Shown here piece by piece: positions 9,142 through 17,908 of a DNA stretch of 32,000 nt (the first letter of the stretch is position 1; every line of letters starts with the position of its first letter). This DNA comes from Promethearchaeota archaeon. GTDB lineage: Archaea > Asgardarchaeota > Hermodarchaeia > Hermodarchaeales > Hermodarchaeaceae. Location: the NCBI GenBank assembly GCA_048938295.1, contig JBHLMI010000018.1:21740-53739 (forward strand). The letters run 5' to 3'. The translations under genes and the position numbers were made by a program. The notes beneath the pieces were generated by a model. That model searched no databases. It was not told the origin of the DNA and saw nothing but the letters and a program-made list of their open reading frames with translations.

Positions 9142-10350
9142 TCAGTGAGTGGCTCCTGCTGCCACGATGCGGACAACATCGTTGGCTTGTAGTTCATAAT
9201 TTTCAGCTACACGTTTTTTGGTTCGGGCATCAAGGGCATGGATGAAAGTATCTCCTAACTCAGTGTGGATTTTGTAGGCAAGTTGTCGAGCGGTGGTTCC
9301 TTTGGGAACCAGATAGACATCCGGAAGGACGTTGCCATCATGATCTGAGAGCTTTCCCGCATCTTCAACCGGATAGACTGGAATGAGTTGAAGGACGTCG
9401 AAGACCACCGTATTCAAGACTTGTTGAACCCCCGTTGACCCATACCGGTCCAAAATCTCTGATTGTAATCGTTGTAATTGAGATTGCTCCTTCTCTCCTA
9501 GCTCATTGGGAGCTAAGATCTCGAAGCGAGATCCGCCTGGTTGATAGGAAATAATGCCTTTTTCACTCAGATTACGGAGTATAAATTCCCCTGCGGCAGT
9601 ACATGGAATCACAATTTCATCAGTGAGTTCACGTAGCGCCTCCAAGTGGTGGGCAGCCATTGGGCGGTCAATTTTGTTCGCTGCAATTACCATAGGCTTT
9701 GCGCGTCGTCGTAGATAACTTACAAATCTTTCAAGCTCCTCCTCCGTCCATTCGGTTGGTTTCGTGGTTGGCAGTTCAGCATCGAGAATGGCGTTTTTAA
9801 TCACCTGCTCGCTAATTTGAAGTCCTGAGAGTCTTTCAGCTAGCAGGGTACTGATTTTCAGTTTCTCCGTTTCAGCTGTCCGTGAAATTCGCCGCCAGTC
9901 TCGTTGCAGAATTTGGACTAGCCACATGGTGATTTCTCGTTCAAGAAACTCAACATCCTGACGGGGATCCCAAGTTCCGGGTTCTACATCCTGCCCCTCC
10001 GCATTCAAGGACCCTGATGTATCTATGACATGGATGAAGGCATCCGCGCGACTTAGGTCACTAAGAAACTCGTTACCTCGGCCCCGTCCAAGGTGGGCAT
10101 CAGGAACAAGGCCTGCAACATCTAGCATATCGATGGGGATAAGGCGGACCCCCTCGCGGCATACCGAATTCTTGGCATTGCAGGTAACCTCAAATTCCTG
10201 ACAAAGGCAATCGACGCGAACATAGGCAGTTCCTGGGTTCGGGTCGATAGTGGTGAATGGGTAGGCTCCCACCTTAGCCGCGGTTCGACAGGCTGCATTC
10301 AAAAACGTACTCTTCCCCGAAGAAGGTTTTCCAACAATTCCAATCAGCAC
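9142..10350 (-). CDS. ychF: YchF/OLA1-family translation-associated ATPase/GTPase (Obg superfamily, C-terminal TGS domain)
   Basis: GKPSSGKST, YPFTTIDPN, DVAGLVPDAHLGRGRGNEFL, ANKID, AYKIHTELG. Start taken as GTG at 10350 with GGAGG SD; the track overextends to 10482. Confidence 0.92.
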   Translation of the reverse strand: MLIGIVGKPSSGKSTFLNAACRTAAKVGAYPFTTIDPNPGTAYVRVDCLCQEFEVTCNAKNSVCREGVRLIPIDMLDVAGLVPDAHLGRGRGNEFLSDLSRADAFIHVIDTSGSLNAEGQDVEPGTWDPRQDVEFLEREITMWLVQILQRDWRRISRTAETEKLKISTLLAERLSGLQISEQVIKNAILDAELPTTKPTEWTEEELERFVSYLRRRAKPMVIAANKIDRPMAAHHLEALRELTDEIVIPCTAAGEFILRNLSEKGIISYQPGGSRFEILAPNELGEKEQSQLQRLQSEILDRYGSTGVQQVLNTVVFDVLQLIPVYPVEDAGKLSDHDGNVLPDVYLVPKGTTARQLAYKIHTELGDTFIHALDARTKKRVAENYELQANDVVRIVAAGATH

Positions 10351-10475
10351 AACATATCGCCTCCATGGACTAATAATAACGATAACAAATAAATGACAGC
10401 GATTGCTGCATTGGCAGATAACAATCCATCCCAATGAAAGGAAAAACATTGTGAAATGAAGGTTTGGTGAAACAC

Positions 10476-11408
10476 ATGACAAAGGTCCGCATTTTGGTAG
10501 CAGATCCTATACACGAAGATGCTGTCAAAGAACTCCAGAAAGTTGGATTTAACCTCGATCTTCAGCCAGATATCGCTCCCAATCAATTACTGAAGTCGAT
10601 TGAAGGGTATGATGCAATCATCGTTCGGAGTCAGACGAAGGTAACGAAGGAAGTGATTGAAGCTGGCACCTCATTGAAAGTGGTTGCTCGTGCGGGTGTG
10701 GGATTAGACAATGTAGATATCCAAGCCGCAAAGGAGAAAGGAATTACAGTTGTTAACTCCCCAGAAGGCCCTTCGGTGTCTGTCGCCGAGCTTGTCTTCG
10801 CTTTGGCGCTTAATGTGCTTCGCAAGATTCCGTATGCAGATTCAGGAATTCGCCGGGGTGAATGGCTCAAGAAAACGAGTAAAGGTGGAGAAATGCGAGG
10901 TCGCCGTATGGGTATTTGGGGGTTTGGACTCATTGGTGAAGAAGTGGCAAAACGGGCAATAGCCTTTGACATGTCTGTATATGGGTTTGATTTAGTACCG
11001 GAGCGTATTGAAGCGATGAAACGGCTAGGTGTCAAGTATGTACTCGTGGAGGAGCTCCTTTCAGTATCTGACATCCTCACGGTGCATGTTCCCTTAACAC
11101 CGAAGACTCGGGGGCTCGTTGGTGAGAATGAACTAAAAACCATGCCCAAAGGTGCAATATTAATCAACACGGCACGTGGTGGAATCGTTGACGAACAGGC
11201 GCTCTATCAAGCTTTAGTTGATGGTCACTTGGGTGGCGCGGGGATTGATGTTTTCACTGATGAACCTCCATTTGATAATCCGCTTTTACAAAAACTGGTT
11301 GCCCTTCCTAATGTGGTGTCAACGCCACATATCGGAGCGCAGACAGAAGAAGCTTCCCGAGCCAATTCGGTGATTATTGCTAAGAAATTAATGGCTATCC
11401 TCAAGTAG
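10476..11408 (+). CDS. serA: D-2-hydroxyacid dehydrogenase / D-3-phosphoglycerate dehydrogenase (short form, no ACT domain)
   Basis: ARAGVGLDNVD, GIWGFGLIG, HVPLTPKT, LINTARGG, DVFTDEP, TPHIGAQT. Substrate specificity not established. Confidence 0.8.
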   Translation: MTKVRILVADPIHEDAVKELQKVGFNLDLQPDIAPNQLLKSIEGYDAIIVRSQTKVTKEVIEAGTSLKVVARAGVGLDNVDIQAAKEKGITVVNSPEGPSVSVAELVFALALNVLRKIPYADSGIRRGEWLKKTSKGGEMRGRRMGIWGFGLIGEEVAKRAIAFDMSVYGFDLVPERIEAMKRLGVKYVLVEELLSVSDILTVHVPLTPKTRGLVGENELKTMPKGAILINTARGGIVDEQALYQALVDGHLGGAGIDVFTDEPPFDNPLLQKLVALPNVVSTPHIGAQTEEASRANSVIIAKKLMAILK

Positions 11409-11473
11409 TAGCATAACAATTTTATAGGGAATGGCGTTTCGCTATCCCTAATTATGCGGAGGCATATACCTCA

Positions 11474-12049
11474 ATGTATAAGCACATTAGCGAACTTTAT
11501 GCGAGCCCGGATAAAGAATTGAAAGACCTTATTCGTACACGGCTTATTGAGTGGCGAAAAGAACCTGCAACGACCCGAGTTGATAAGCCAACGCGAATCG
11601 ACCGGGCTCGTCAAATTGGGTATCGGGCCAAACAGGGTTACATTGTGGTACGCCAACGCATTCCTCGCGGATCTCGACGGAAACCCCGACCTATTCGGGG
11701 TCGCAAGCCCAGAAAGCTGGGAACTGTCAAGATTACCCCGGGGCGCAGCCGTCAATGGATTGCTGAGGAGCGGACCGCTAGAAAGTATCCGACCCTACGT
11801 GTCTTGGGATCTTATCATGTTGCCGAAGATGGAAAAAATCTCTGGTATGAAGTAGTGCTCGTTGATCCTACGCATCCTGCCATACAGGCTGATCCACGAA
11901 TCAGCTGGATCTGTGACCCCACTCACAAGGGGCGTGTTTTCAGGGGATTAACTCCTGCTAGCAAGACATCTCGTGGGCTACGCCATAAGGGTACAGGTGC
12001 GGAGAAACTGCGTCCCAGTATTGGAAAATACGGGCGACGTGGAAAATAG
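11474..12049 (+). CDS. rpl15e: 50S ribosomal protein eL15
   Basis: RLIEWRKEP, PTRIDRARQIGYRAKQG, QWIAEER, WYEVVLVDP, RVFRGLT. Confidence 0.98.
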   Translation: MYKHISELYASPDKELKDLIRTRLIEWRKEPATTRVDKPTRIDRARQIGYRAKQGYIVVRQRIPRGSRRKPRPIRGRKPRKLGTVKITPGRSRQWIAEERTARKYPTLRVLGSYHVAEDGKNLWYEVVLVDPTHPAIQADPRISWICDPTHKGRVFRGLTPASKTSRGLRHKGTGAEKLRPSIGKYGRRGK

Positions 12050-12082
12050 CTGTAAACGAGTCTTTTTGGAGAGTGTGTAATC

Positions 12083-12541
12083 GTGGCCGCAACAGAAAGC
12101 GGACCGATTCGACTAACTGTGCAAGCCTCTGTCCAAGCCACCGAGAATGCTGAAAAAGTCAAAAAAGCGATTGAAAATCTCTTTCCTGCAGACCTTAGAA
12201 GCACACTAAAATTCAATAAAACGAATCTTCAGGGACACTATCATAATCCCATTCTTCGCCTAGAAACGCAACTAAGCCAACGCGACCGTATTGAAAGAAC
12301 TTTAGCTTCAATTGGCCAGTCATTATCATCAGGGGATCGCGCTCAACTAGCGCGAACATTTTCTTCTCGCATCGACGAAAAGGGCGGTCTTTTCATCCGG
12401 TTTGACAAACAAGAGGCTTATGAAGGACGAATTCGCATAATTCACCGCGGTGATTCGATTCGCATGGTCATTCGGTTTTCGGGCCGAAAACCCTCAGTAA
12501 ACCAGCTTGAGCATCACTGCCGACAGTTCCAACTCATCTAG
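12083..12541 (+). CDS. DUF54/COG1325 putative RNA-binding protein of the exosome superoperon
   Basis: ATENAEKVKKAIENL, GHYHNPI, LFIRFDKQEAYEG. Position between rpl15e and rpp30. Confidence 0.8.
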   Translation: MAATESGPIRLTVQASVQATENAEKVKKAIENLFPADLRSTLKFNKTNLQGHYHNPILRLETQLSQRDRIERTLASIGQSLSSGDRAQLARTFSSRIDEKGGLFIRFDKQEAYEGRIRIIHRGDSIRMVIRFSGRKPSVNQLEHHCRQFQLI

Positions 12542-12553
12542 GATCGGGACAGA

Positions 12554-13240
12554 ATGTCTGCATATGACTTCCACATTCGATTACCCCCACAACCAGAAAT
12601 GGCGGAGGTCCAACTCCTTCAAAAGGTAGCAGCGACATTAGGCTTTGCTGGACTAGCCATCGAAACATCCAAAGCGCTTACTAATGGTACAGTGCATGAA
12701 AAGCTAACGATTTTTCGTCGAGTAACGCTTGTTCCTCGAAGTACTGCACGACTACGCGCTCAGGTGAACAAACAGACAAAAGATGCAGATCTCCTTGTAA
12801 TTCATGGCCGCTCAAAACCGATTTGGCTGGTAGCCGCTGAGATACCCGCTGTTCACATGGTGATGGCTAAAGAAATTGAAGATTTCATGGTAATCGATTC
12901 TCAAACTGCCCGAGCAATGGCAAATCAGAACAAACCCGTGGAAATATGCCTGCACAAGCTGTTAGTCCTGAAGGGCGCTATTCGGTCTCGATTGATGCGG
13001 GTTATGAACTCAGCCATGGACCATTTAGGACGAGCCGATTGCCCACTAATATTGACTTCAGGCGCCAGTGGTGCCTATGAGCTTCGTTCTCCCCAAGACC
13101 TGATGGCACTCAGCTACCTCGCATCAGTCCCGGAGAACCTAGCCAAGACTGCCATGCGGCAGGAGTCAAAGGCCCTTGTTTCAGCAATTCGCCATTCAAC
13201 TAGCGCCCACCCAGTGGGGCAAATCGGGAGGGAAAAGTAA
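12554..13240 (+). CDS. rnp3: RNase P protein subunit Rpp30
   Basis: Divergent, but has YDFH at the N-terminus and LILTSGA..YELRSPQDL near the C-terminus. Adjacent to pop5. Confidence 0.75.
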   Translation: MSAYDFHIRLPPQPEMAEVQLLQKVAATLGFAGLAIETSKALTNGTVHEKLTIFRRVTLVPRSTARLRAQVNKQTKDADLLVIHGRSKPIWLVAAEIPAVHMVMAKEIEDFMVIDSQTARAMANQNKPVEICLHKLLVLKGAIRSRLMRVMNSAMDHLGRADCPLILTSGASGAYELRSPQDLMALSYLASVPENLAKTAMRQESKALVSAIRHSTSAHPVGQIGREK

Positions 13241-13242
13241 CG

Positions 13243-13599
13243 ATGCGGCTTCGCCAACGCTATCTCGCTATCCGACTCCTCACCCCTCAGAAACTTCCCT
13301 CTGAACCTACTTTCCGAAACGCAATTTGGACTCAACTCCAGAGACTATACGGCGAACTCGGTGTGAGCCGGATTGGCTTCTGGTTAACAGCTTACCATCC
13401 TGAAAAACAGAGTGCTGTTATTCGCTGTCAACATACGCAGGTGCGTCCACTACGTGCGGCACTTGCAACAATTCGCCAAATTGATTCGATGCCTTTACTA
13501 ATTCATGTGGTTGGAGTCAGCGGCTCTATTAAGAAGGCTTTGGCTTTTCTCCCCGAAGTTAACCCACAGCACGTCGTGCGTCCTCGTAAGCATCGTTAG
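13243..13599 (+). CDS. rnp2: RNase P protein subunit Pop5 (Rpp14/Pop5)
   Basis: RLRQRYLA, LYGELG, AVIRC, VVGVSGSIKKA. Confidence 0.88.
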   Translation: MRLRQRYLAIRLLTPQKLPSEPTFRNAIWTQLQRLYGELGVSRIGFWLTAYHPEKQSAVIRCQHTQVRPLRAALATIRQIDSMPLLIHVVGVSGSIKKALAFLPEVNPQHVVRPRKHR

Positions 13600-13731
13600 A
13601 CGCGAAAGACTATGCCAAAACAGATAAAACACGCCTTGTCATCAGGATGACCGGGGTTCAGTGAAGCACCGCCGCTCCAAACCGAGCCTTGTGCTATGAC
13701 GATCTCGCGACGAGCCGAGAGCCCCCGCCTT

Positions 13732-14169
13732 TTATTCTGGTACGATATCGATTTCGACGGATATCAGGAATCCTTGCCACAGCTGATAGGCTTTCATCCG
13801 GAACCGCAGTCGGTTCCTGCCGTCAATGACCCAAACGCAAGGGTTGTACTCCATGAATAACAAGTCGCTTCCTGAGGGTTCCGGAGGCGCTGGGTGTGAA
13901 TGGTATATCCCCACCTGCTCCAAGCCCTCTTTCGCAGCTGCAGTGAGAATGCAATATTGATGTTCAGGATCGATTTCGAAGGCAGAGACGGACTTGGCAA
14001 CATTAACAGTTTCAACGACACGGGTCACCTTCGCGATGAGACGGTGTTCTGTATAGATACCTAGTAGGAGTGCGCACCCCTCTTTGGGCCATGCCCGTCG
14101 TCGAATCGCGTATAACTGCCGACGATGCAACGGCGTTAACTGAATCCGGGCGACGCGGGGTAAATTCAT
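13732..14169 (-). CDS. JAMM/MPN+ (M67) metalloprotease
   Basis: Catalytic Glu in PKEGCALLLG, FEIDP, and metal motif GIYHSHPAPPEPSGSD. ATG 14169 lies 22-28 nt from a TTTTAAG box, consistent with a leaderless transcript. Confidence 0.88.
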   Translation of the reverse strand: MNLPRVARIQLTPLHRRQLYAIRRRAWPKEGCALLLGIYTEHRLIAKVTRVVETVNVAKSVSAFEIDPEHQYCILTAAAKEGLEQVGIYHSHPAPPEPSGSDLLFMEYNPCVWVIDGRNRLRFRMKAYQLWQGFLISVEIDIVPE

Positions 14170-14256
14170 AGGTGAACCTACAGCCAAAGACTTAAAAGCT
14201 TCTCACCTTTTGAGTCATCGCATCTCAGGTCACCCGACTCGAGGTTGCAACTGGCG

Positions 14257-14637
14257 ATGTCAAAGAACAGCTCACAAGAACAGCGCTTCATGCGTCGAAG
14301 TATGATCATTAGTGCAGTTGCCATCGCCCTCTTCAGTATACTAATTGCTCTGATGGTTTTACGGTGGGGTCCAGTCGGTCCATTTCTGGCCTTCATTGGG
14401 CCAGTTATTTCTGGCGTATTAGCGATTTTGGTAATGGTTCTGATTTTCATTGGGTTGGTTATTCTGTTTGGCAATCTGCGAGAATATTATGGTGAAGCTG
14501 TTGGTTGGTTCGAAATCTTCGTCTTCTTGATTATTGTCGTCGTTATTGCGTTCGTCGGATTCAGTTGGCTTCATGCCCTTCTCACTGGGCTCCTTTGCAT
14601 CGGCGTCATATACTATCTCCACGCAGCTCAAGACTAA
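14257..14637 (+). CDS. Hypothetical membrane protein with about 4 TM segments
   Basis: Four hydrophobic stretches. Fills the gap between JAMM and psmA. No family recognised. Confidence 0.65.
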   Translation: MSKNSSQEQRFMRRSMIISAVAIALFSILIALMVLRWGPVGPFLAFIGPVISGVLAILVMVLIFIGLVILFGNLREYYGEAVGWFEIFVFLIIVVVIAFVGFSWLHALLTGLLCIGVIYYLHAAQD

Positions 14638-14680
14638 GTGACCTTCCGAGTTCGCAAATCGGATTCTGTCAATAACAAGA

Positions 14681-14688
14681 TTTTAAAG
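14681..14688 (+). promoter_or_regulatory. Putative TATA box for psmA and downstream genes
   Basis: TTTTAAAG with a purine-rich upstream flank, about 100 nt before the psmA start. Confidence 0.4.
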
Positions 14689-14786
14689 GTGCTTTACCTA
14701 ATCGGCAAACCTGCAAGACTAATGTAAGAGTAAGAGGGCTTTCACTAAACTCTCTTCTTATTCAGTGTTTATGGAGGACCCCCTCA

Positions 14787-15494
14787 TTGTTCGGTGATAC
14801 ACAAAGCTATGACATTGCTCTGACCACATTTAGTCCTGAGGGACGCCTATATCAGGTTGAATACGCCTTTGAGGCGGTTCGAAAGGGTACTCCGATTCTC
14901 GGAATTCGTGGTTCAGACGGTGTGATATTAACCGCTGCTTTGCGCAAGCATGTTCTTCAAGAACCAAACCATAACGACAAAATCTTCACCTTAGACGAAT
15001 CAATTGGCACGGCCATCGCAGGCCTATCTGGCGATGCGCGTTCACTTGTTCGGTATGCCCGAGAGCTTGCGCAAATCAATCGCTTAACCTTCGCTGAACC
15101 TATTTCCGTAAAAGCACTGAGTAAGAAACTCAGTGATCACATACAATCATATACACAACAAGGCGGAACTCGTCCTTTTGGAGTATCTATGCTTGTAATC
15201 GGTGTCGATTCCGCTCCACAACTCTACCTCGTTACCCCAATCGGTGTTTTCTGGAGCTATAAGGCCTATGCAGTAGGAAATGCAGCTGACCAGATGAACA
15301 CGGTGCTGGAAAAGGAATATTCTCCCTCGCTTACTGTTGATGAAGCGTTGCAGCTGGCCGTTCGGATTCACAAGGAAACATCACCTGCCCCTATTCAACC
15401 TAGTGGGCTGTTAGCAGCCAAAATTACCGCCGCCGATAAGAAATTCGTCATCCTTGATGAACAATCCGTTCAGCAACTGATGGATTCAAGTTAG
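14787..15494 (+). CDS. psmA: Proteasome alpha subunit
   Basis: YDIALTTFSPEGRLYQVEYAFEAV, AGLSGDAR, GGTRPFGVS. TTG start after GGAGG. Confidence 0.96.
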   Translation: MFGDTQSYDIALTTFSPEGRLYQVEYAFEAVRKGTPILGIRGSDGVILTAALRKHVLQEPNHNDKIFTLDESIGTAIAGLSGDARSLVRYARELAQINRLTFAEPISVKALSKKLSDHIQSYTQQGGTRPFGVSMLVIGVDSAPQLYLVTPIGVFWSYKAYAVGNAADQMNTVLEKEYSPSLTVDEALQLAVRIHKETSPAPIQPSGLLAAKITAADKKFVILDEQSVQQLMDSS

Positions 15495-15514
15495 TTTGGA
15501 AAAAGGTGTTTAGT

Positions 15515-16255
15515 ATGTCTGGGTTGGGTGGAATGCGTGGCGACAAACGGGTCGATTTGGGTGATGCGGCAATAGCTCGATTAGACACCCATGGACATCG
15601 GTTTGAGCTCATCGTTGATCCGAAATTAGCTTGGAATTTTAAACAAGGTAAAGAGGTCGACGTCCGCGAGATTCTCCAGGGTGAGACAGTCTTCGAGGAT
15701 GCGTTACGAAGCAAGAAGGCGCCACTAGAAACCTTAGAGGACGCTTTTGGGACCACTGATGGGCTTGAAGTTGCTCGCATCATTCTCAAAAAAGGCTCGC
15801 TCCACCTTACAACTGAACAACGACGCGAGATGGTTGAGAAGCGCCGTCGCCAAGTGATAGATATAATAGTCCGTAACTCGATTAACCCCAAGACTGGACT
15901 TCCGCATCCTCCCACTCGCATCGAATCGGCAATGCATGAGGCGCACGTTATCATTGATTCCACCCGGACGGCGGAGGACCAAGCCCGAGATGTCGTCAAA
16001 GCGCTCCAACCGATCATTCCGATTCGAATGGAAATTCAGCAAATTGCCATCAAGGTCCCTCCTGACTTTGCCCCCAAGGCTTACGGCATTGTAGAGCAGA
16101 AAGGGCATATTGCCAAAGACGAATGGCAAAAAGATGGGTCTTGGATTGCCATCGTTGAGGTGCCAGCGGGTCTCCGAGGGGAACTGATTGACTCTCTTAA
16201 CAATCTTACCCGCGGTCGAGCAGAAATCAAGATCTTAAAAAAGGAAACAATGTAG
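15515..16255 (+). CDS. sdo1: Ribosome maturation factor SBDS/Sdo1
   Basis: HRFELIVDP, AFGTTD, LHLTTEQRR, INPKTGLPHPPTRIE, EVPAG. Confidence 0.95.
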   Translation: MSGLGGMRGDKRVDLGDAAIARLDTHGHRFELIVDPKLAWNFKQGKEVDVREILQGETVFEDALRSKKAPLETLEDAFGTTDGLEVARIILKKGSLHLTTEQRREMVEKRRRQVIDIIVRNSINPKTGLPHPPTRIESAMHEAHVIIDSTRTAEDQARDVVKALQPIIPIRMEIQQIAIKVPPDFAPKAYGIVEQKGHIAKDEWQKDGSWIAIVEVPAGLRGELIDSLNNLTRGRAEIKILKKETM

Positions 16256-16269
16256 GAGGCTAACCTCAC

Positions 16270-16980
16270 GTGTCAATCCATTTTGAACAACAAGATATTG
16301 TCGTTCCTGGACAGCTCCTCGCTGAAGGCGACTTTCGCACAGGTGAAGGGGCCTATATGGAACAAGAGAAAGTATACGCCTCGGTAATTGGTTTGGCGAA
16401 AATGAAGGGCAAAACGGTTTACGTAGTTCCCTTGAAAGGACAATATATTCCGAAACCCAGAGATATCATAATTGGAAATGTTATCGAAGTAACCTTGAAT
16501 GGGTGGCTTTTAGATTTTCACTGCCCATACCCCGCAATGCTTCCAGTCATGCATGCCCTATCTCGACGCGATGCCACACACGCCAAGGACGATCTCCGAA
16601 GATACTACGATGTTGGTGAAACAGTGGTTGCTGAAATCATTGCAGCAGACCGAACACGAGATCCCCTTGTTACCACCCTTGGTCGCGGACTGGGGAAGGT
16701 TCATGGCGGAGTATTAATGAACATAATCCCTACTCGCGTCCCCAGGCTCATTGGAAGGAAGGGCTCGATGATAAACATGCTCAAATCTGAACTACAAGTC
16801 GATATTGTTGTAGGGCAGAATGGAATTGTTTGGCTGAAAGGGAATCTTGCGCGAATGGATATTGCGCAGGAGGCAATTCGTCAAATTGAACGTGAAGCTC
16901 ATACCAGTGGATTAACCGATCGCGTTCGAGACTTCATAACAGCAAAACTCGCTGAACAAAACGGTGAAAAGAATGAGTGA
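16270..16980 (+). CDS. rrp4: Exosome RNA-binding cap subunit Rrp4 (S1 + KH)
   Basis: IVVPGQLL, YIPK.RDIIIG, PTRVPRLIGRKGSMI, VGQNGIVW, EAHTSGLTDRV. Confidence 0.95.
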   Translation: MSIHFEQQDIVVPGQLLAEGDFRTGEGAYMEQEKVYASVIGLAKMKGKTVYVVPLKGQYIPKPRDIIIGNVIEVTLNGWLLDFHCPYPAMLPVMHALSRRDATHAKDDLRRYYDVGETVVAEIIAADRTRDPLVTTLGRGLGKVHGGVLMNIIPTRVPRLIGRKGSMINMLKSELQVDIVVGQNGIVWLKGNLARMDIAQEAIRQIEREAHTSGLTDRVRDFITAKLAEQNGEKNE

Positions 16981-17902
16981 TAAGAAAGCTGAAGCAAAAC
17001 AGCCACTGATAGATGCCAAGGGGCTCCGTACAGACGGCAGAAAGCTTGATGAGCTCCGACCAATCCGCTTAGAAGTTGGCTATCTCAGTCGGGCTGATGG
17101 ATCCGCTTACATCGAACACGGTAAGAATAAAATTGTAGCCGCAGTGTACGGACCTCGCGAACTCCATCCCAGACACCTTGCCCAATCAGATCGGGCACTT
17201 CTAAGGGTAACCTATCGTATGGCCACCTTTTCTGTATCAGATCGAAAACGTCCGGCTCCAAGTCGTCGAGAACATGAAATCTCTATGGTGCTACGCCAAG
17301 CTCTTGAACCCCTGTTATTTCTCAAAATGTATCCTCGTGCCGCCATCGATGTATTCATCATGGTCTTAGAGGCTGATGGGGGTTCACGATGTGCCAGTGC
17401 CACAGTAACGTCTTTGGCTCTTGCAGATGCAGGAATTCCCATGCGTGGCCTCGTCGCAGGTTGTGCTGTTGGAAAAATCGATGGTAAAATAGCTGTGGAC
17501 TTGAACGATATTGAAGACAAAATCGGGGATGCCGATATTCCTATCGCTATGTCCTCAGATCGCGGAGAAATTACTCTCCTCCAAATGGATGGGAAACTTA
17601 CTCCTGCTGAATTTGCCCAAGCCATTAATATGGCTGAAAACGGCATTCATCGGATTCAAGAAATGCAGAAAGCGGTTTTGCTCGAAAAATACGCGCAAAT
17701 TCGTGAAACAATCGGTGATGAACCTACCGCTCCTCCAGAAGACGAGGTCTCTGTTGAAGAACCTGCCACGGAGTTTGTTGAAGAGCCTGATAAGCCAAAG
17801 AAGCGTACGAAACGCATGAAGAAGGAAGCAAGGGAAACAAAACCCAAAACTCCCAAAAAGAGCACGCGCTCGAAAACAACGGAAGCCGAAGCCAAGAAGT
17901 GA
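16973..17902 (+). CDS. rrp41: Exosome core subunit Rrp41 with a long charged C-terminal tail
   Basis: RTDGRKLDELRP, ADGSAYIEHG, VYGPRE, ADGGSRCA, DIEDKIGDADIP, LLQMDG. Confidence 0.96.
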   Translation: MSDKKAEAKQPLIDAKGLRTDGRKLDELRPIRLEVGYLSRADGSAYIEHGKNKIVAAVYGPRELHPRHLAQSDRALLRVTYRMATFSVSDRKRPAPSRREHEISMVLRQALEPLLFLKMYPRAAIDVFIMVLEADGGSRCASATVTSLALADAGIPMRGLVAGCAVGKIDGKIAVDLNDIEDKIGDADIPIAMSSDRGEITLLQMDGKLTPAEFAQAINMAENGIHRIQEMQKAVLLEKYAQIRETIGDEPTAPPEDEVSVEEPATEFVEEPDKPKKRTKRMKKEARETKPKTPKKSTRSKTTEAEAKK

Positions 17903-17908
17903 TTAGAA

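Noticed and set aside
10351-10586. Upstream extension of YchF to 10482 and the 80-aa minus-strand ORF 10344-10586
   Set aside because: The extension has no GTPase-like sequence and overlaps the serA start. A GGAGG SD supports GTG 10350. The 80-aa ORF is antisense to serA.
6540-11400. Impression of local G>C skew in the radical SAM to serA block versus C-rich segments elsewhere (possible insertion or inversion)
   Set aside because: Spot counts were inconsistent and explainable by amino-acid and codon usage. A sliding-window skew computation is needed, and no att sites, repeats or mobile genes flank the block.
13647-13720. SECIS-like ATGA...AA...GA pattern and tRNA-like 73-nt fold downstream of pop5
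   Set aside because: No matching GA partner after helix II, no in-frame UGA selenoprotein candidate nearby, and no T-loop or anticodon-arm consensus.
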